Part shown: positions 9,573 to 18,107 of the stretch, piece by piece | How the letters are laid out: every line of letters starts with the position of its first letter | Position numbering within the stretch: position 1 is the first letter of the stretch | Virus genome (UHGV): UHGV-0057186 | Reading direction: 5' to 3' (one strand) | DNA length: 64,000 bases | From: a virus | The notes under the pieces: model-generated | What the model was told of the DNA's origin: nothing | Seen by the model: the letters and a program-made list of their open reading frames with translations, nothing else | The model's database searches: none | Translations under genes and position numbers: made by a program

Positions 9573-10591
9573 TAGTTTAGTGCATTTAGTGCATTGTTCA
9601 GTTTAGAACGTTGCTTCGTAAGATTTTTGACTTTTTCTTGAGCTTTTTCTAGCATCTTTTCAGCTTCTAACACTTCATTAGTTGCTTTAACGAGTTCATC
9701 ATCTACTGCCTTGATAGACTTCTCAATCGCATCCGCGTGCCATTTTTCAACAGGTTTAAAACTCGGATTTTCAACAGGAAGAAAATTCACTTTATTGAAT
9801 TTCCATGTATCTTTATTACCTGAACTATACATCCAAAATTTAGGATCGTTTGATGAGTAATTGGATAAATTTAAGATATCTTGCACTTCCTGCTTTTTCT
9901 CTTGCGGGACTTCGTCCTTTCTCAAAAAATCGTATTTAAATGAAACGATCATATCAAGTTCATACGTTGTTGTATGTTCCCAATTTCGCTCAAAATGAGG
10001 TAAAATCTTAGACTGAACCGCGGCAACTACATCCATATACTTAAATGCTTCTGTCAACTGTGATTTAAGGCATTCACAAATTGAAAGAGAATTTTTTGTA
10101 TTAGGTTTAAAGCTAATTCGTGCAGTTCTGTTATTTTCTTTTAATGGTCTTACTTCCATCTGAAGAGTATAACCATCAAATTTCAGATTCTTTAAGTTAA
10201 TATCAGAACCTTTTAATCGACTAGCCGTCGACAAAATTTGCTTTAATTGTTTACGGAATAGAGCAATAAATCTCCACTCAATACGATAATGATTTGGATT
10301 GAAAAATCCAGATGATAAATCGACCTTACTCTGACCAACACCTTGAACAAATAGAGGATTTTTATAATCAATAGTTTTACAGAAATCAGTGAGCTGCTCA
10401 CGAGCAGTCATTTGTGTAATATACCCCGCTTTACTAAAATGACGTAATAATTCACTGCTATTTAGATATTTAAAGTGAATAGCACGATTAACTTTATCAG
10501 GGTCTAAATTATTTTCACACAAAAATGTCATAACATTACGAGTATCGCTGCCAGTACGAACCATATCTTCAATTTGAGAACGAGTTTTCAT
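9572..10591 (-). CDS. hypothetical protein with C-terminal coiled coil (339 aa)
   Basis: AAGGAA SD; coiled-coil C-terminus LEAEKMLEKAQEKVKNLTKQRSKL. Confidence 0.65.
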   Translation of the reverse strand: MKTRSQIEDMVRTGSDTRNVMTFLCENNLDPDKVNRAIHFKYLNSSELLRHFSKAGYITQMTAREQLTDFCKTIDYKNPLFVQGVGQSKVDLSSGFFNPNHYRIEWRFIALFRKQLKQILSTASRLKGSDINLKNLKFDGYTLQMEVRPLKENNRTARISFKPNTKNSLSICECLKSQLTEAFKYMDVVAAVQSKILPHFERNWEHTTTYELDMIVSFKYDFLRKDEVPQEKKQEVQDILNLSNYSSNDPKFWMYSSGNKDTWKFNKVNFLPVENPSFKPVEKWHADAIEKSIKAVDDELVKATNEVLEAEKMLEKAQEKVKNLTKQRSKLNNALNALN

Positions 10592-10599
10592 GGTGTTCC

Positions 10600-11502
10600 T
10601 TAAGATTTAAGTAAATCAACAATTTTAATTAACTTTTCACGCTCAGATTTAGCTTTACTACTCAGTCCAGATAGTCTGAAAATTTCATCATCATATTGTT
10701 GAATAGAAATATTCAGCTCTTCAATCTGTTTATTAAAATAATCAATTTGTTCAGAATGTTTTTCGTTACTACGAACTGGTACAGGTTTTGTAGGCAATTT
10801 AGTTGAACTGGATTCATCCGGGCGATAAATTAAAACACAACTTGAACCAATAGGGCATTTTGCACCAGATGAATATTCTAATGTTCCAGCTTCTTTTAAA
10901 ACTTCAAAAGCTAAACAGAGATGATGCCCCATATTAACATAATCTGTAGAGTGAGCTCTGATATAATAATCATCGCCACGAATACTAAATTTAAAGCATT
11001 TAAGGTCTTCTGTATTATTGGTCTTAAAAATCATTTGTTTATCTAGACCTTTAGCTAATCGAGCGCCTAATGCTAATAATCGTCGTTGATTTTCCCACAA
11101 ATCTGCGATCATTTGGTCAAATGATAATTTCGGCATTAGTCGACCATAAAGGTCATATCCTTTATTATAATTGCGAAGGATTTCACTCGCATTAATACGA
11201 GACAACGCTCCAATTTTATTAAGGGCTTTCATGATGCGATTAGATAAACCCATTCCAGATCCGTTTGTTCGTTGCAAATGTTTATCTAATCCAAACCCAA
11301 TATCAACTTTAAATTTATCTAAAATTTCAGCATGAACATCTCTGTCAATAACATTCAAATCCAAAGTTGGGTTAAATCTATGAAAAAATTTATCTGGCTC
11401 TCCACGACGAAGTACAGTCCATTCATTTAATTTTTTATTAACTAAAGATTTAATTACTGCATTGACATTATTAATTACTACTGACATATTTTTCTCACTC
11501 AA
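10600..11502 (-). CDS. hypothetical protein with C-terminal coiled coil (300 aa)
   Basis: ORF in track; C-terminal coiled coil. Confidence 0.65.
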   Translation of the reverse strand: MSEKNMSVVINNVNAVIKSLVNKKLNEWTVLRRGEPDKFFHRFNPTLDLNVIDRDVHAEILDKFKVDIGFGLDKHLQRTNGSGMGLSNRIMKALNKIGALSRINASEILRNYNKGYDLYGRLMPKLSFDQMIADLWENQRRLLALGARLAKGLDKQMIFKTNNTEDLKCFKFSIRGDDYYIRAHSTDYVNMGHHLCLAFEVLKEAGTLEYSSGAKCPIGSSCVLIYRPDESSSTKLPTKPVPVRSNEKHSEQIDYFNKQIEELNISIQQYDDEIFRLSGLSSKAKSEREKLIKIVDLLKS

Positions 11503-11903
11503 TTTTCAATTTTACTAAATACACAGAATATGATGGAAAAGACTATATAAGCACCGAATACAGATTGAACTAATACCATTCCAAAGAACCAAACAATATT
11601 ATCAAACAATGTCTGTTTTACGTCGAAAGGACGTAAACTTACAGTAATATTATCACCTTTTTCTATTGAAGAATACATCTCTGGGGAAATATATTCACTA
11701 AATCTATAACCGTCTTTGAGTTCATATACAGCAATAAACGATAAACTAGACCCCTTTCCTTGAGTTCCTGTAAAGGTATTAACTACAGTAACATCATAAT
11801 CTTTATAATGCATATAATCATTAATAGCATAATAACCATATGCAACTACTACACATAAACAACATATCAATAAATTCAATCTTTTAATTATCAACTGTTT
11901 CAT
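11499..11903 (-). CDS. membrane protein (134 aa)
   Basis: N- and C-terminal hydrophobic helices. Confidence 0.6.
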   Translation of the reverse strand: MKQLIIKRLNLLICCLCVVVAYGYYAINDYMHYKDYDVTVVNTFTGTQGKGSSLSFIAVYELKDGYRFSEYISPEMYSSIEKGDNITVSLRPFDVKQTLFDNIVWFFGMVLVQSVFGAYIVFSIIFCVFSKIEN

Positions 11904-11958
11904 AATAATCTCAATTAAAAGGGCTTAGAACCATTATACCATCCTTGGTATAAAGCGG

Positions 11959-12486
11959 TTATGCGAGTACCGTCTTTAACCGTTCTTCAAACTTCCGAAG
12001 AGTATTTTGGCGTTCAGCTCTTTGCTTTTTGTAAGTTTCAATACGCTCTGAAATGAGAGTGTATCGTTCATTTACTGATTCTTTCATAAAATCAGGAATT
12101 TCATGAGAAGCTTTAATCTCGTCAAATTTATCAATAACTGCTTGCTCTTCAGCAATTAAGTTATCATACATCAAAATATCTTTCTTGATGAACTCAATAT
12201 CTTCTTGAGTTACACGAGATAATTTAGATGCTTTATCCTTTTTGTACTGTTCGTTAGTATCACGAGACCAGTGTAATGTACGATTTTTATTCGTATTCTT
12301 GTAAATTTCTACAATACCAATCTCATCGATAATAACGATCCAATTCCAACGAGATTTGTAAATTTGTCCTCCGTCAACCGTGATTTCACCTCCGATTGAG
12401 ATGTCATTAAAGAACTTGCTTTGTGCTTCAGATTTAAATTTACCATCGTTGTAATTTACCAGGTTGAAAATATCTTTAGCGTTCAT
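11959..12486 (-). CDS. hypothetical protein (175 aa)
   Basis: GGAGG SD; promoter cassette upstream. Confidence 0.65.
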   Translation of the reverse strand: MNAKDIFNLVNYNDGKFKSEAQSKFFNDISIGGEITVDGGQIYKSRWNWIVIIDEIGIVEIYKNTNKNRTLHWSRDTNEQYKKDKASKLSRVTQEDIEFIKKDILMYDNLIAEEQAVIDKFDEIKASHEIPDFMKESVNERYTLISERIETYKKQRAERQNTLRKFEERLKTVLA

Positions 12487-12513
12487 TTTGTGTTCCTCCG
12501 TAGTTGATAGTTG

Positions 12514-12544
12514 TATAGTACCACAGAGGAACAGTCTTGTAAAC
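12514..12544 (-). promoter_or_regulatory. early promoter cassette (GTTTAC / TACTATA)
   Basis: minus-strand GTTTAC-N18-TACTATA-CAACTATCAAC; near-identical copy at 30174-30204. Confidence 0.55.
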
Positions 12545-12546
12545 CA

Positions 12547-12861
12547 CTAAAAGAAACTTCTTTCACAATTTTTTCCACTGAACCACGCGCTCACTGCTTT
12601 CTTAGTCTCAGGAGCAGTGTTATCCATAAACCATTCAAAGGCAGCCTTTTTATGATTCTGGAGGGCTTCTCGGGCTTTAATCTGCTCACGGTCTATTAAC
12701 ACTAACATATGAGCCTTTCTTGTCACCATGGGCTTCTTATGATTTTTTGAATATTCCCAATCATTTGTCCATCGCATCGTTGTTGCGAATTGAAGTACAG
12801 CTTCTTTAATTTTAGTTTCGTAAATTTCACGAGCCTTTGAGTATAACATCATTACCTCCAT
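12547..12861 (-). CDS. hypothetical protein (104 aa)
   Basis: ORF in track. Confidence 0.55.
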   Translation of the reverse strand: MEVMMLYSKAREIYETKIKEAVLQFATTMRWTNDWEYSKNHKKPMVTRKAHMLVLIDREQIKAREALQNHKKAAFEWFMDNTAPETKKAVSAWFSGKNCERSFF

Positions 12862-12950
12862 TCACCAGTTTAATTCTAGTCATCTTTTTGATGGCAGTCC
12901 ATATAATCTATTTCTGAACTGCCTTTTTGTCATAGAAGTCCTCTTATGAA

Positions 12951-13919
12951 TTATTTCAGAAGAGTAACCTCAGCGATTTCTTCCCAACCGTTTTTGTCGG
13001 TCATAATAAAGTCAGCAAGATAAAGAGCAGTACGCAGTGAAACATTGCGTAAACGATTAACATTGACTTTCATCCATGATAATGCTTTATAAGTTTCTTC
13101 ATCAGAAAGACCGCGTTTTTGCATCATGTCAGTTGAAAGAATAACATCTTCAACCCTGACCATAATTTCTTCATTAGTGTGAACACCCAAATCTAAATAA
13201 ACTGAGCGGGACACTAATGCTTGTAAATGTGGAGCAAGTTTAGTACCACGGTCTAATTCGCGGTCAATGTCAACGTTTGTGATAAAAACAATCGTTCCTT
13301 TAAATTCAAACTCACGCTCAATGCCTTTTTCTTCTAAGTAAGAAGACGCAGTACTCCAGCAGACTTTACGGGTCTCTCCAGTGTCCAGAGCGGCTTTTAG
13401 AAGATTAAGAATGTCCATATCAGAGAAAACATCCACATCATCAATCAAAAGGACAGAATTCTCTTCACGATTATTCCAAAGCTGCTCATAAAGACCAATA
13501 CCAGAGATTTTACCATTAATGCTTTTATATTCAATGTATCCAATATCATTTGCTTTATTTAAAGCTTTATCTAAAGAATACGTTTTACCAATACCTGCTG
13601 CGCCAGAGATAATTAATGAACGAATATTTCCATTAATAATACCATTCGTCATCATTCCCATAACATTAAATCTTTTATTAATGCGGGTTTTCATATCTTC
13701 ATACGATTCTTTAACTTCTTCAACTTTTACACCATCATATGAAATGTCTGATTTGTAAACCCAAACACCGCGACGTTTACCGTCAATTTCAACAAAAACT
13801 TTACCATCTCCTTGTGCATCTACCGGAGCATTATCTGGGAACCATTCGCCTAAAAGCTCAAAAGTTCCAGAGATTTCTTTACCGAAGTAGATACCCTTAT
13901 TGATAGTTACAGTTTTCAT
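12951..13919 (-). CDS. P-loop NTPase (AAA-like ATPase)
   Basis: Walker A GAAGIGKT and Walker B LLIDDVD; 322 aa; GGAG SD. Confidence 0.7.
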   Translation of the reverse strand: MKTVTINKGIYFGKEISGTFELLGEWFPDNAPVDAQGDGKVFVEIDGKRRGVWVYKSDISYDGVKVEEVKESYEDMKTRINKRFNVMGMMTNGIINGNIRSLIISGAAGIGKTYSLDKALNKANDIGYIEYKSINGKISGIGLYEQLWNNREENSVLLIDDVDVFSDMDILNLLKAALDTGETRKVCWSTASSYLEEKGIEREFEFKGTIVFITNVDIDRELDRGTKLAPHLQALVSRSVYLDLGVHTNEEIMVRVEDVILSTDMMQKRGLSDEETYKALSWMKVNVNRLRNVSLRTALYLADFIMTDKNGWEEIAEVTLLK

Positions 13920-13937
13920 TTTATTCTCCTTTGATTT

Positions 13938-13974
13938 GATAGGACTACTATAACATAGTCCTATCAGTTTGTAT
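13938..13974 (-). promoter_or_regulatory. promoter with 10-bp perfect inverted repeat around the -10 region
   Basis: GATAGGACTA-N8-TAGTCCTATC palindrome (13938-13965) with GTATAC -35-like hexamer at 13969-13974. Confidence 0.45.
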
Positions 13975-13976
13975 AC

Positions 13977-14177
13977 TTATTTTGACATTTCTTCGATGTC
14001 ACGACGATACCCGTCACGAACTTCACGAAGAGCTTCAAGGCCACACATAGGCTCGATACCAGTAATGTGAACTTGATTAATCTGATACTCTACATCTTCT
14101 AACTGAGCGAAAACATAACGACGTTCAGCTGCACAACCAGATTTAGCTTTACCGAAACGTTTATTCAAAGTAGTCAT
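13977..14177 (-). CDS. hypothetical protein (66 aa)
   Basis: GGAG SD; promoter upstream. Confidence 0.5.
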   Translation of the reverse strand: MTTLNKRFGKAKSGCAAERRYVFAQLEDVEYQINQVHITGIEPMCGLEALREVRDGYRRDIEEMSK

Positions 14178-14214
14178 TTTGTATCTCCAATTTACTCATT
14201 TGTTTTGATAGGTC

Positions 14215-14245
14215 TATAGTATCAACAACTACAGACCATGTAAAC
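14215..14245 (-). promoter_or_regulatory. early promoter cassette (GTTTAC / TACTAT)
   Basis: GTTTAC-N18-TACTAT with GGTCT/AGACC inverted repeat flanking the -10. Confidence 0.5.
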
Positions 14246-14248
14246 AAT

Positions 14249-14512
14249 TTATTTTAATTTTCGCCAAATTTTTACTGCTTCTCGCCTCGATACTTCTACG
14301 GCGCCAAGTTCTATAGCTTTTTGACGACGACTTGCACGTAAGTCATAATGTTTAATGCGTTTATCTTGAAACCAAGAACGTTTCATTCCTATTGCTTCTG
14401 CCATTTCGTGAAGCTCTTCAATATCTCCATCAGTGAACATATGACAATTTTTAGTTGGATGACCGCGAAGTTTCCATCCATGATTCATTAAAACATCTAC
14501 GTAAACTGTCAT
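14249..14512 (-). CDS. DUF4031-like protein (87 aa)
   Basis: MTVYVD...HGW...HMFTDGD..ELH..A...G....WFQ....HYDL pattern resembles the DUF4031 family; from memory, not searched. Confidence 0.5.
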   Translation of the reverse strand: MTVYVDVLMNHGWKLRGHPTKNCHMFTDGDIEELHEMAEAIGMKRSWFQDKRIKHYDLRASRRQKAIELGAVEVSRREAVKIWRKLK

Positions 14513-14658
14513 TGATTCTTCTCCAAATAAGTTTCGATAATTTTCTGGGCGAGATAAACCGCGTTATCTTCAGTTGCGTCTTCTAAGAAACTTTCAAAAC
14601 ACTCTGAAATTTCTTCTGTATCAATCAACTTTTTTACTTCAATTGGTGTAATTTTCAT
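14509..14658 (-). CDS. hypothetical small acidic protein (49 aa), not in ORF track
   Basis: ATG 14656-14658, clean 49-codon frame MKITPIEVKKLIDTEE..., stop overlaps next ATG (ATGA); promoter cassette upstream. Confidence 0.35.
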   Translation of the reverse strand: MKITPIEVKKLIDTEEISECFESFLEDATEDNAVYLAQKIIETYLEKNQ

Positions 14659-14693
14659 TTTGTTTTCCGTTTAAGTGTTTGTTTTGATAGTTG

Positions 14694-14724
14694 TATAGTA
14701 CCATAAAGCTTTATGCTTGTAAAC
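14694..14724 (-). promoter_or_regulatory. early promoter cassette (GTTTAC / TACTATA)
   Basis: GTTTAC-N18-TACTATA-CAACTATCAAAAC. Confidence 0.5.
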
Positions 14725-14748
14725 AGTTTTGTGAAAAATTTTTGAAAT

Positions 14749-14772
14749 AAAAAAGGGAGCCCGAAGGCTCCC
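14749..14772 (-). terminator. intrinsic terminator
   Basis: GGGAGCC-TTCG-GGCTCCC hairpin followed by TTTTTTATTTC on minus strand, 3 nt after stop of 14775..15788. Confidence 0.55.
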
Positions 14773-14774
14773 TA

Positions 14775-15788
14775 TCATTTATAATAGCTTCGGTGGTTTT
14801 CAAGATAAACCTTCTCAAGGAAGTCATCCCAGAAACCCATGTCTACTTTTTGCTGCATACCGTTCTTAGAAGCTTCAGTAGATGCTGCTTCTACTTGATC
14901 GACCACATCTTCCAAAAACTCTTGAACTGTTTTAAATGGATGTTTACCCAACTTCACGTCGAGAATAAATGGAGCATCTTGGAGTGGATAAACCAAGTCA
15001 CCAGTTTTGTAAATTTCCAATAGTTGGAGTCCACCACGGCAGGCATGGCTCAGAGCTTTCCAGTCAATGCCTTCATTGGCTTCGGCCTTACGAGCGCGTT
15101 CACCGTATTCAGCATCTAATTTGTTCAGTGACTGCTTAAGCTCAATAAGAGAAAGCGTTGTCTGATATTTACGACCCAACACAGTGTAGAACGTTTGTGG
15201 GCCTGTTTTCTCATGATTATGGAACACCCATTCACAGAATTCGTTTTCTGGAAGACGATGCTTAATATCTTCAACTTTAGTACGACGCTGCTTAATAGAA
15301 CCATCTTCTTGGTAATCAATCCATTGCTCAGGGATTTGATTAACTACTTTCAATACATCACGTAATGCAGCCAAACGAGAACCCTTGACGCCATATTTAG
15401 AAGCTTGCTTACGGACATATCCTAAATAGGATTTCATGTTAGTCGTATAAAAACGAGAACGGTTGTCTTGAATAAACTTCCACACATCAGGCAAATCAGA
15501 TTTAACCACTAGTTCAGGTGGAGTGTGAAGCATATCCAATGCTACGGTTTCACCATCTGCTGCTAATTTAAAGAAATATTTAAGACTGTATAGTTCATGG
15601 TCAATATCATCTTTAGTGTTTTTAGATGATGTGTTGTTAGTGTTTTTACTCATATGCTCTTTGACATTTCCGATAAGAATATCGCGAGCAGGAGGAACAA
15701 AGATTTCTTTAAAATCTACATCAGATTCTGGGGTAGAAGTTCCATAAAGATGACTACCAAAATAGCTTTTCATTACTGTTTTCATCAT
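14775..15788 (-). CDS. Pol-beta-superfamily nucleotidyltransferase-like protein (337 aa)
   Basis: N-terminal GSHLYGTSTPESDVD matches the G[GS]-x9-13-D-x-[DE] NTase signature; rest has no recognised motif. Confidence 0.65.
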   Translation of the reverse strand: MMKTVMKSYFGSHLYGTSTPESDVDFKEIFVPPARDILIGNVKEHMSKNTNNTSSKNTKDDIDHELYSLKYFFKLAADGETVALDMLHTPPELVVKSDLPDVWKFIQDNRSRFYTTNMKSYLGYVRKQASKYGVKGSRLAALRDVLKVVNQIPEQWIDYQEDGSIKQRRTKVEDIKHRLPENEFCEWVFHNHEKTGPQTFYTVLGRKYQTTLSLIELKQSLNKLDAEYGERARKAEANEGIDWKALSHACRGGLQLLEIYKTGDLVYPLQDAPFILDVKLGKHPFKTVQEFLEDVVDQVEAASTEASKNGMQQKVDMGFWDDFLEKVYLENHRSYYK

Positions 15789-16258
15789 TCAGCCTTATAT
15801 TCAATAACAGGACATACTTTAGCTTTACGCGCTTTTAAAAATTCGACGATAATAGATTTCTTGGGTTGAATAGGAGGTAAACCTTTATACGCCCTATCAA
15901 TATTTTCTACATGTAAAGCATAATCCTTTTTCCATTTATAATCTTTATATTTTTCACGCAGTTGTGCAGGAATAACAAATGAACCGATAATAAGTAAAAC
16001 AAGCAAAATGGCAAGTATAAATGCTGATGGAATAAGAGTCCATAAACTACCAAAAATAAGCCATTTCTGCATGATTTCTGCGCAGATAATAGTTAGACCT
16101 ACGAGTATAGTACATCCGAAAAAAGAAACGAAAAATGTAGGAATAACAATAGACCAAAAATACGCGCACAGTGTCTTAGGTCGTTGCCATTCATCGTTAA
16201 ACAATTTGAATAATTTATAGTGCCAAGAGTTTTCATTAATAATCATAATTATAATCAT
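15785..16258 (-). CDS. membrane protein (157 aa)
   Basis: multiple hydrophobic helices; start overlaps upstream stop. Confidence 0.6.
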   Translation of the reverse strand: MIIIMIINENSWHYKLFKLFNDEWQRPKTLCAYFWSIVIPTFFVSFFGCTILVGLTIICAEIMQKWLIFGSLWTLIPSAFILAILLVLLIIGSFVIPAQLREKYKDYKWKKDYALHVENIDRAYKGLPPIQPKKSIIVEFLKARKAKVCPVIEYKAE

Positions 16259-16776
16259 CCTTTCATTGAAGGCGTAACGGTTGTTAAATACTTAATCATA
16301 GCTTCAGCTTCTGATTTTGATAATGAAATTTCTCCATTGTTTTGACGAATAGAAATAAAATCCGGATGACGGTCACCACCGGCTTTTAAAACACACATAT
16401 AAGTATCAGTTTCATCTTCAATATTTGAAATGATTGAAGCAGTTCCACACGAATGTGGTTTTTGATAAATCAATACAGCTTTTCTTCCACCATTTGACTG
16501 TTCATAAACTTTTAATACATCAAACAAATCACTTCTTTTATCAATAGCTAAAATGTTGTTTTCATCTTCAATGTTAAATCCTTCGGATACTTCATAAAGT
16601 GTCACCCATAAATCACCTATATCGATAGTAGCATTTTCCTTTCCATGACTTTCAAGAGCATGACAAATTTTCTTGATTTCGTCATAACTCATTTTAATAA
16701 TATCATCTCCTTGACTAAGAAAGATGTCATTTTTAAATTCAACACGAATTAAACCGCTTCCACTTGAAATAAACAT
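16255..16776 (-). CDS. hypothetical protein (173 aa)
   Basis: ORF in track; C-terminal tail resembles that of 16783..17325. Confidence 0.6.
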   Translation of the reverse strand: MFISSGSGLIRVEFKNDIFLSQGDDIIKMSYDEIKKICHALESHGKENATIDIGDLWVTLYEVSEGFNIEDENNILAIDKRSDLFDVLKVYEQSNGGRKAVLIYQKPHSCGTASIISNIEDETDTYMCVLKAGGDRHPDFISIRQNNGEISLSKSEAEAMIKYLTTVTPSMKG

Positions 16777-16782
16777 ATTTCC

Positions 16783-17325
16783 TCACTTTGAAATCATAGT
16801 TGGAATGACAGAATCAAGATAAGTCTTTAACGCAATAGCTTCGTCTTTGGTAAATGTGACAATATGCGCTCGAAAATCATCAATTTGACGAATAGTTAAG
16901 ACATCTCCATCTTCATAACATTTTGATACATTTAAAACAGTTTCATCATTCTGATCGCACTGATCGCAAGCGTTAGTAATAATAGCATTGCAATTTTTAA
17001 GCCATTTTAAACTATGTTTTCTTTCATTAGAATAATAAAAATATTTAATGTAAGTTATAAAATTATCCCAATTATTAATTGATAAGCATATTGACTCGCT
17101 TTCAATGTTAAATCCTGGGCATAAAGAATAGAAATGAATTTTATGCTCATCATTAATGCTTACAATTTTATCAGTGTAAGGTTTTTCAATTTGGGTTAAA
17201 TGAATAATTTCGCTAGGCGTAAAATATAGCATATCGTCTTCTTGCGTCAAACGATACATATTATTTACTTTTTCTATAGCCAATTCACCAAAAAATGAAC
17301 TAACTTCTAATACTAATCGTTTCAT
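16783..17325 (-). CDS. hypothetical protein (180 aa)
   Basis: ORF in track; possible paralogue of 16255..16776. Confidence 0.6.
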   Translation of the reverse strand: MKRLVLEVSSFFGELAIEKVNNMYRLTQEDDMLYFTPSEIIHLTQIEKPYTDKIVSINDEHKIHFYSLCPGFNIESESICLSINNWDNFITYIKYFYYSNERKHSLKWLKNCNAIITNACDQCDQNDETVLNVSKCYEDGDVLTIRQIDDFRAHIVTFTKDEAIALKTYLDSVIPTMISK

Positions 17326-17326
17326 A

Positions 17327-17605
17327 TTAATCCTTTTTATTTGCGCTGATTTGTTCTAAAATTTTAGAGTATTCCTTTGTATCAGATTTACGTACAATTG
17401 ATACACTATAAGGCATACTATCGGTGTCTTTTATAAAGCGTTCCAAATGACACTCTAACAAAATTTCTGGATTATAAATCGTGTACATCAAATTACCTGT
17501 TGCTCCACGATATTGGCAGATTTCTACTGATTGAACACCATTCCATAATTTTGTTAAAACTAAGTCACCTACTTCTAATTTAGGAAAACTCATATTATTC
17601 ACCAA
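17327..17605 (-). CDS. hypothetical protein (92 aa)
   Basis: ORF in track. Confidence 0.55.
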   Translation of the reverse strand: MVNNMSFPKLEVGDLVLTKLWNGVQSVEICQYRGATGNLMYTIYNPEILLECHLERFIKDTDSMPYSVSIVRKSDTKEYSKILEQISANKKD

Positions 17606-17780
17606 TTAAAGTTTCAATATAAGAATCAAGATTTACTTTAGCTTCTTCCATAAGAGTTTTGTATTTAATCTTGTTAGCATGTCCGGAGAAAGCTGATTCA
17701 TCAATAATTGTTGATGTATGAACAGCTTTACTATACGTCTCAATTAATTCTCTTAATTTAAAAGCCTGCTCACTTGTCAT
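17595..17780 (-). CDS. hypothetical protein (61 aa)
   Basis: ORF in track. Confidence 0.5.
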   Translation of the reverse strand: MTSEQAFKLRELIETYSKAVHTSTIIDESAFSGHANKIKYKTLMEEAKVNLDSYIETLIGE

Positions 17781-17884
17781 TACATACTCCTTTGAATAAT
17801 ATCAATAATGTTGTTCACCAGATTATAAGTAAACATTGGGTAATTATATTGAATCATCACATACACAACAAACAAAACTTTCAT
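17780..17884 (-). CDS. small hydrophobic peptide (34 aa), not in ORF track
   Basis: AAGGAG SD 7 nt before ATG 17882-17884; MKVLFVVYVMIQ...; stop overlaps next ATG. Confidence 0.3.
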   Translation of the reverse strand: MKVLFVVYVMIQYNYPMFTYNLVNNIIDIIQRSM

Positions 17885-17912
17885 TCTCTTCTCCTTGGCA
17901 GTTGACAAGATT

Positions 17913-17942
17913 ACTATACCATAACCTTGCCAACTTGTAAAC
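17913..17942 (-). promoter_or_regulatory. early promoter cassette (GTTTAC / TATAGT)
   Basis: GTTTAC-N18-TATAGT. Confidence 0.45.
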
Positions 17943-17944
17943 CA

Positions 17945-18091
17945 TTAAATGACGTTTTCAATAAAATTCTGAAGCTTTGTGTGAGCATCAACCATGATTT
18001 TCATTTCTTCTTTTGCGAAAGCTGTACCTCTTTCCCGAGCAGAATACTCATAGTCAGAAACTGCATTAGCATATTCTTCAATTAGTTTCAT
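17945..18091 (-). CDS. hypothetical small protein (48 aa), not in ORF track
   Basis: clean frame MKLIEEYANAVSDYEYSARERG...; codon by codon checked; weak SD. Confidence 0.35.
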   Translation of the reverse strand: MKLIEEYANAVSDYEYSARERGTAFAKEEMKIMVDAHTKLQNFIENVI

Positions 18092-18107
18092 TAAAAACAT
18101 CTGCTTT

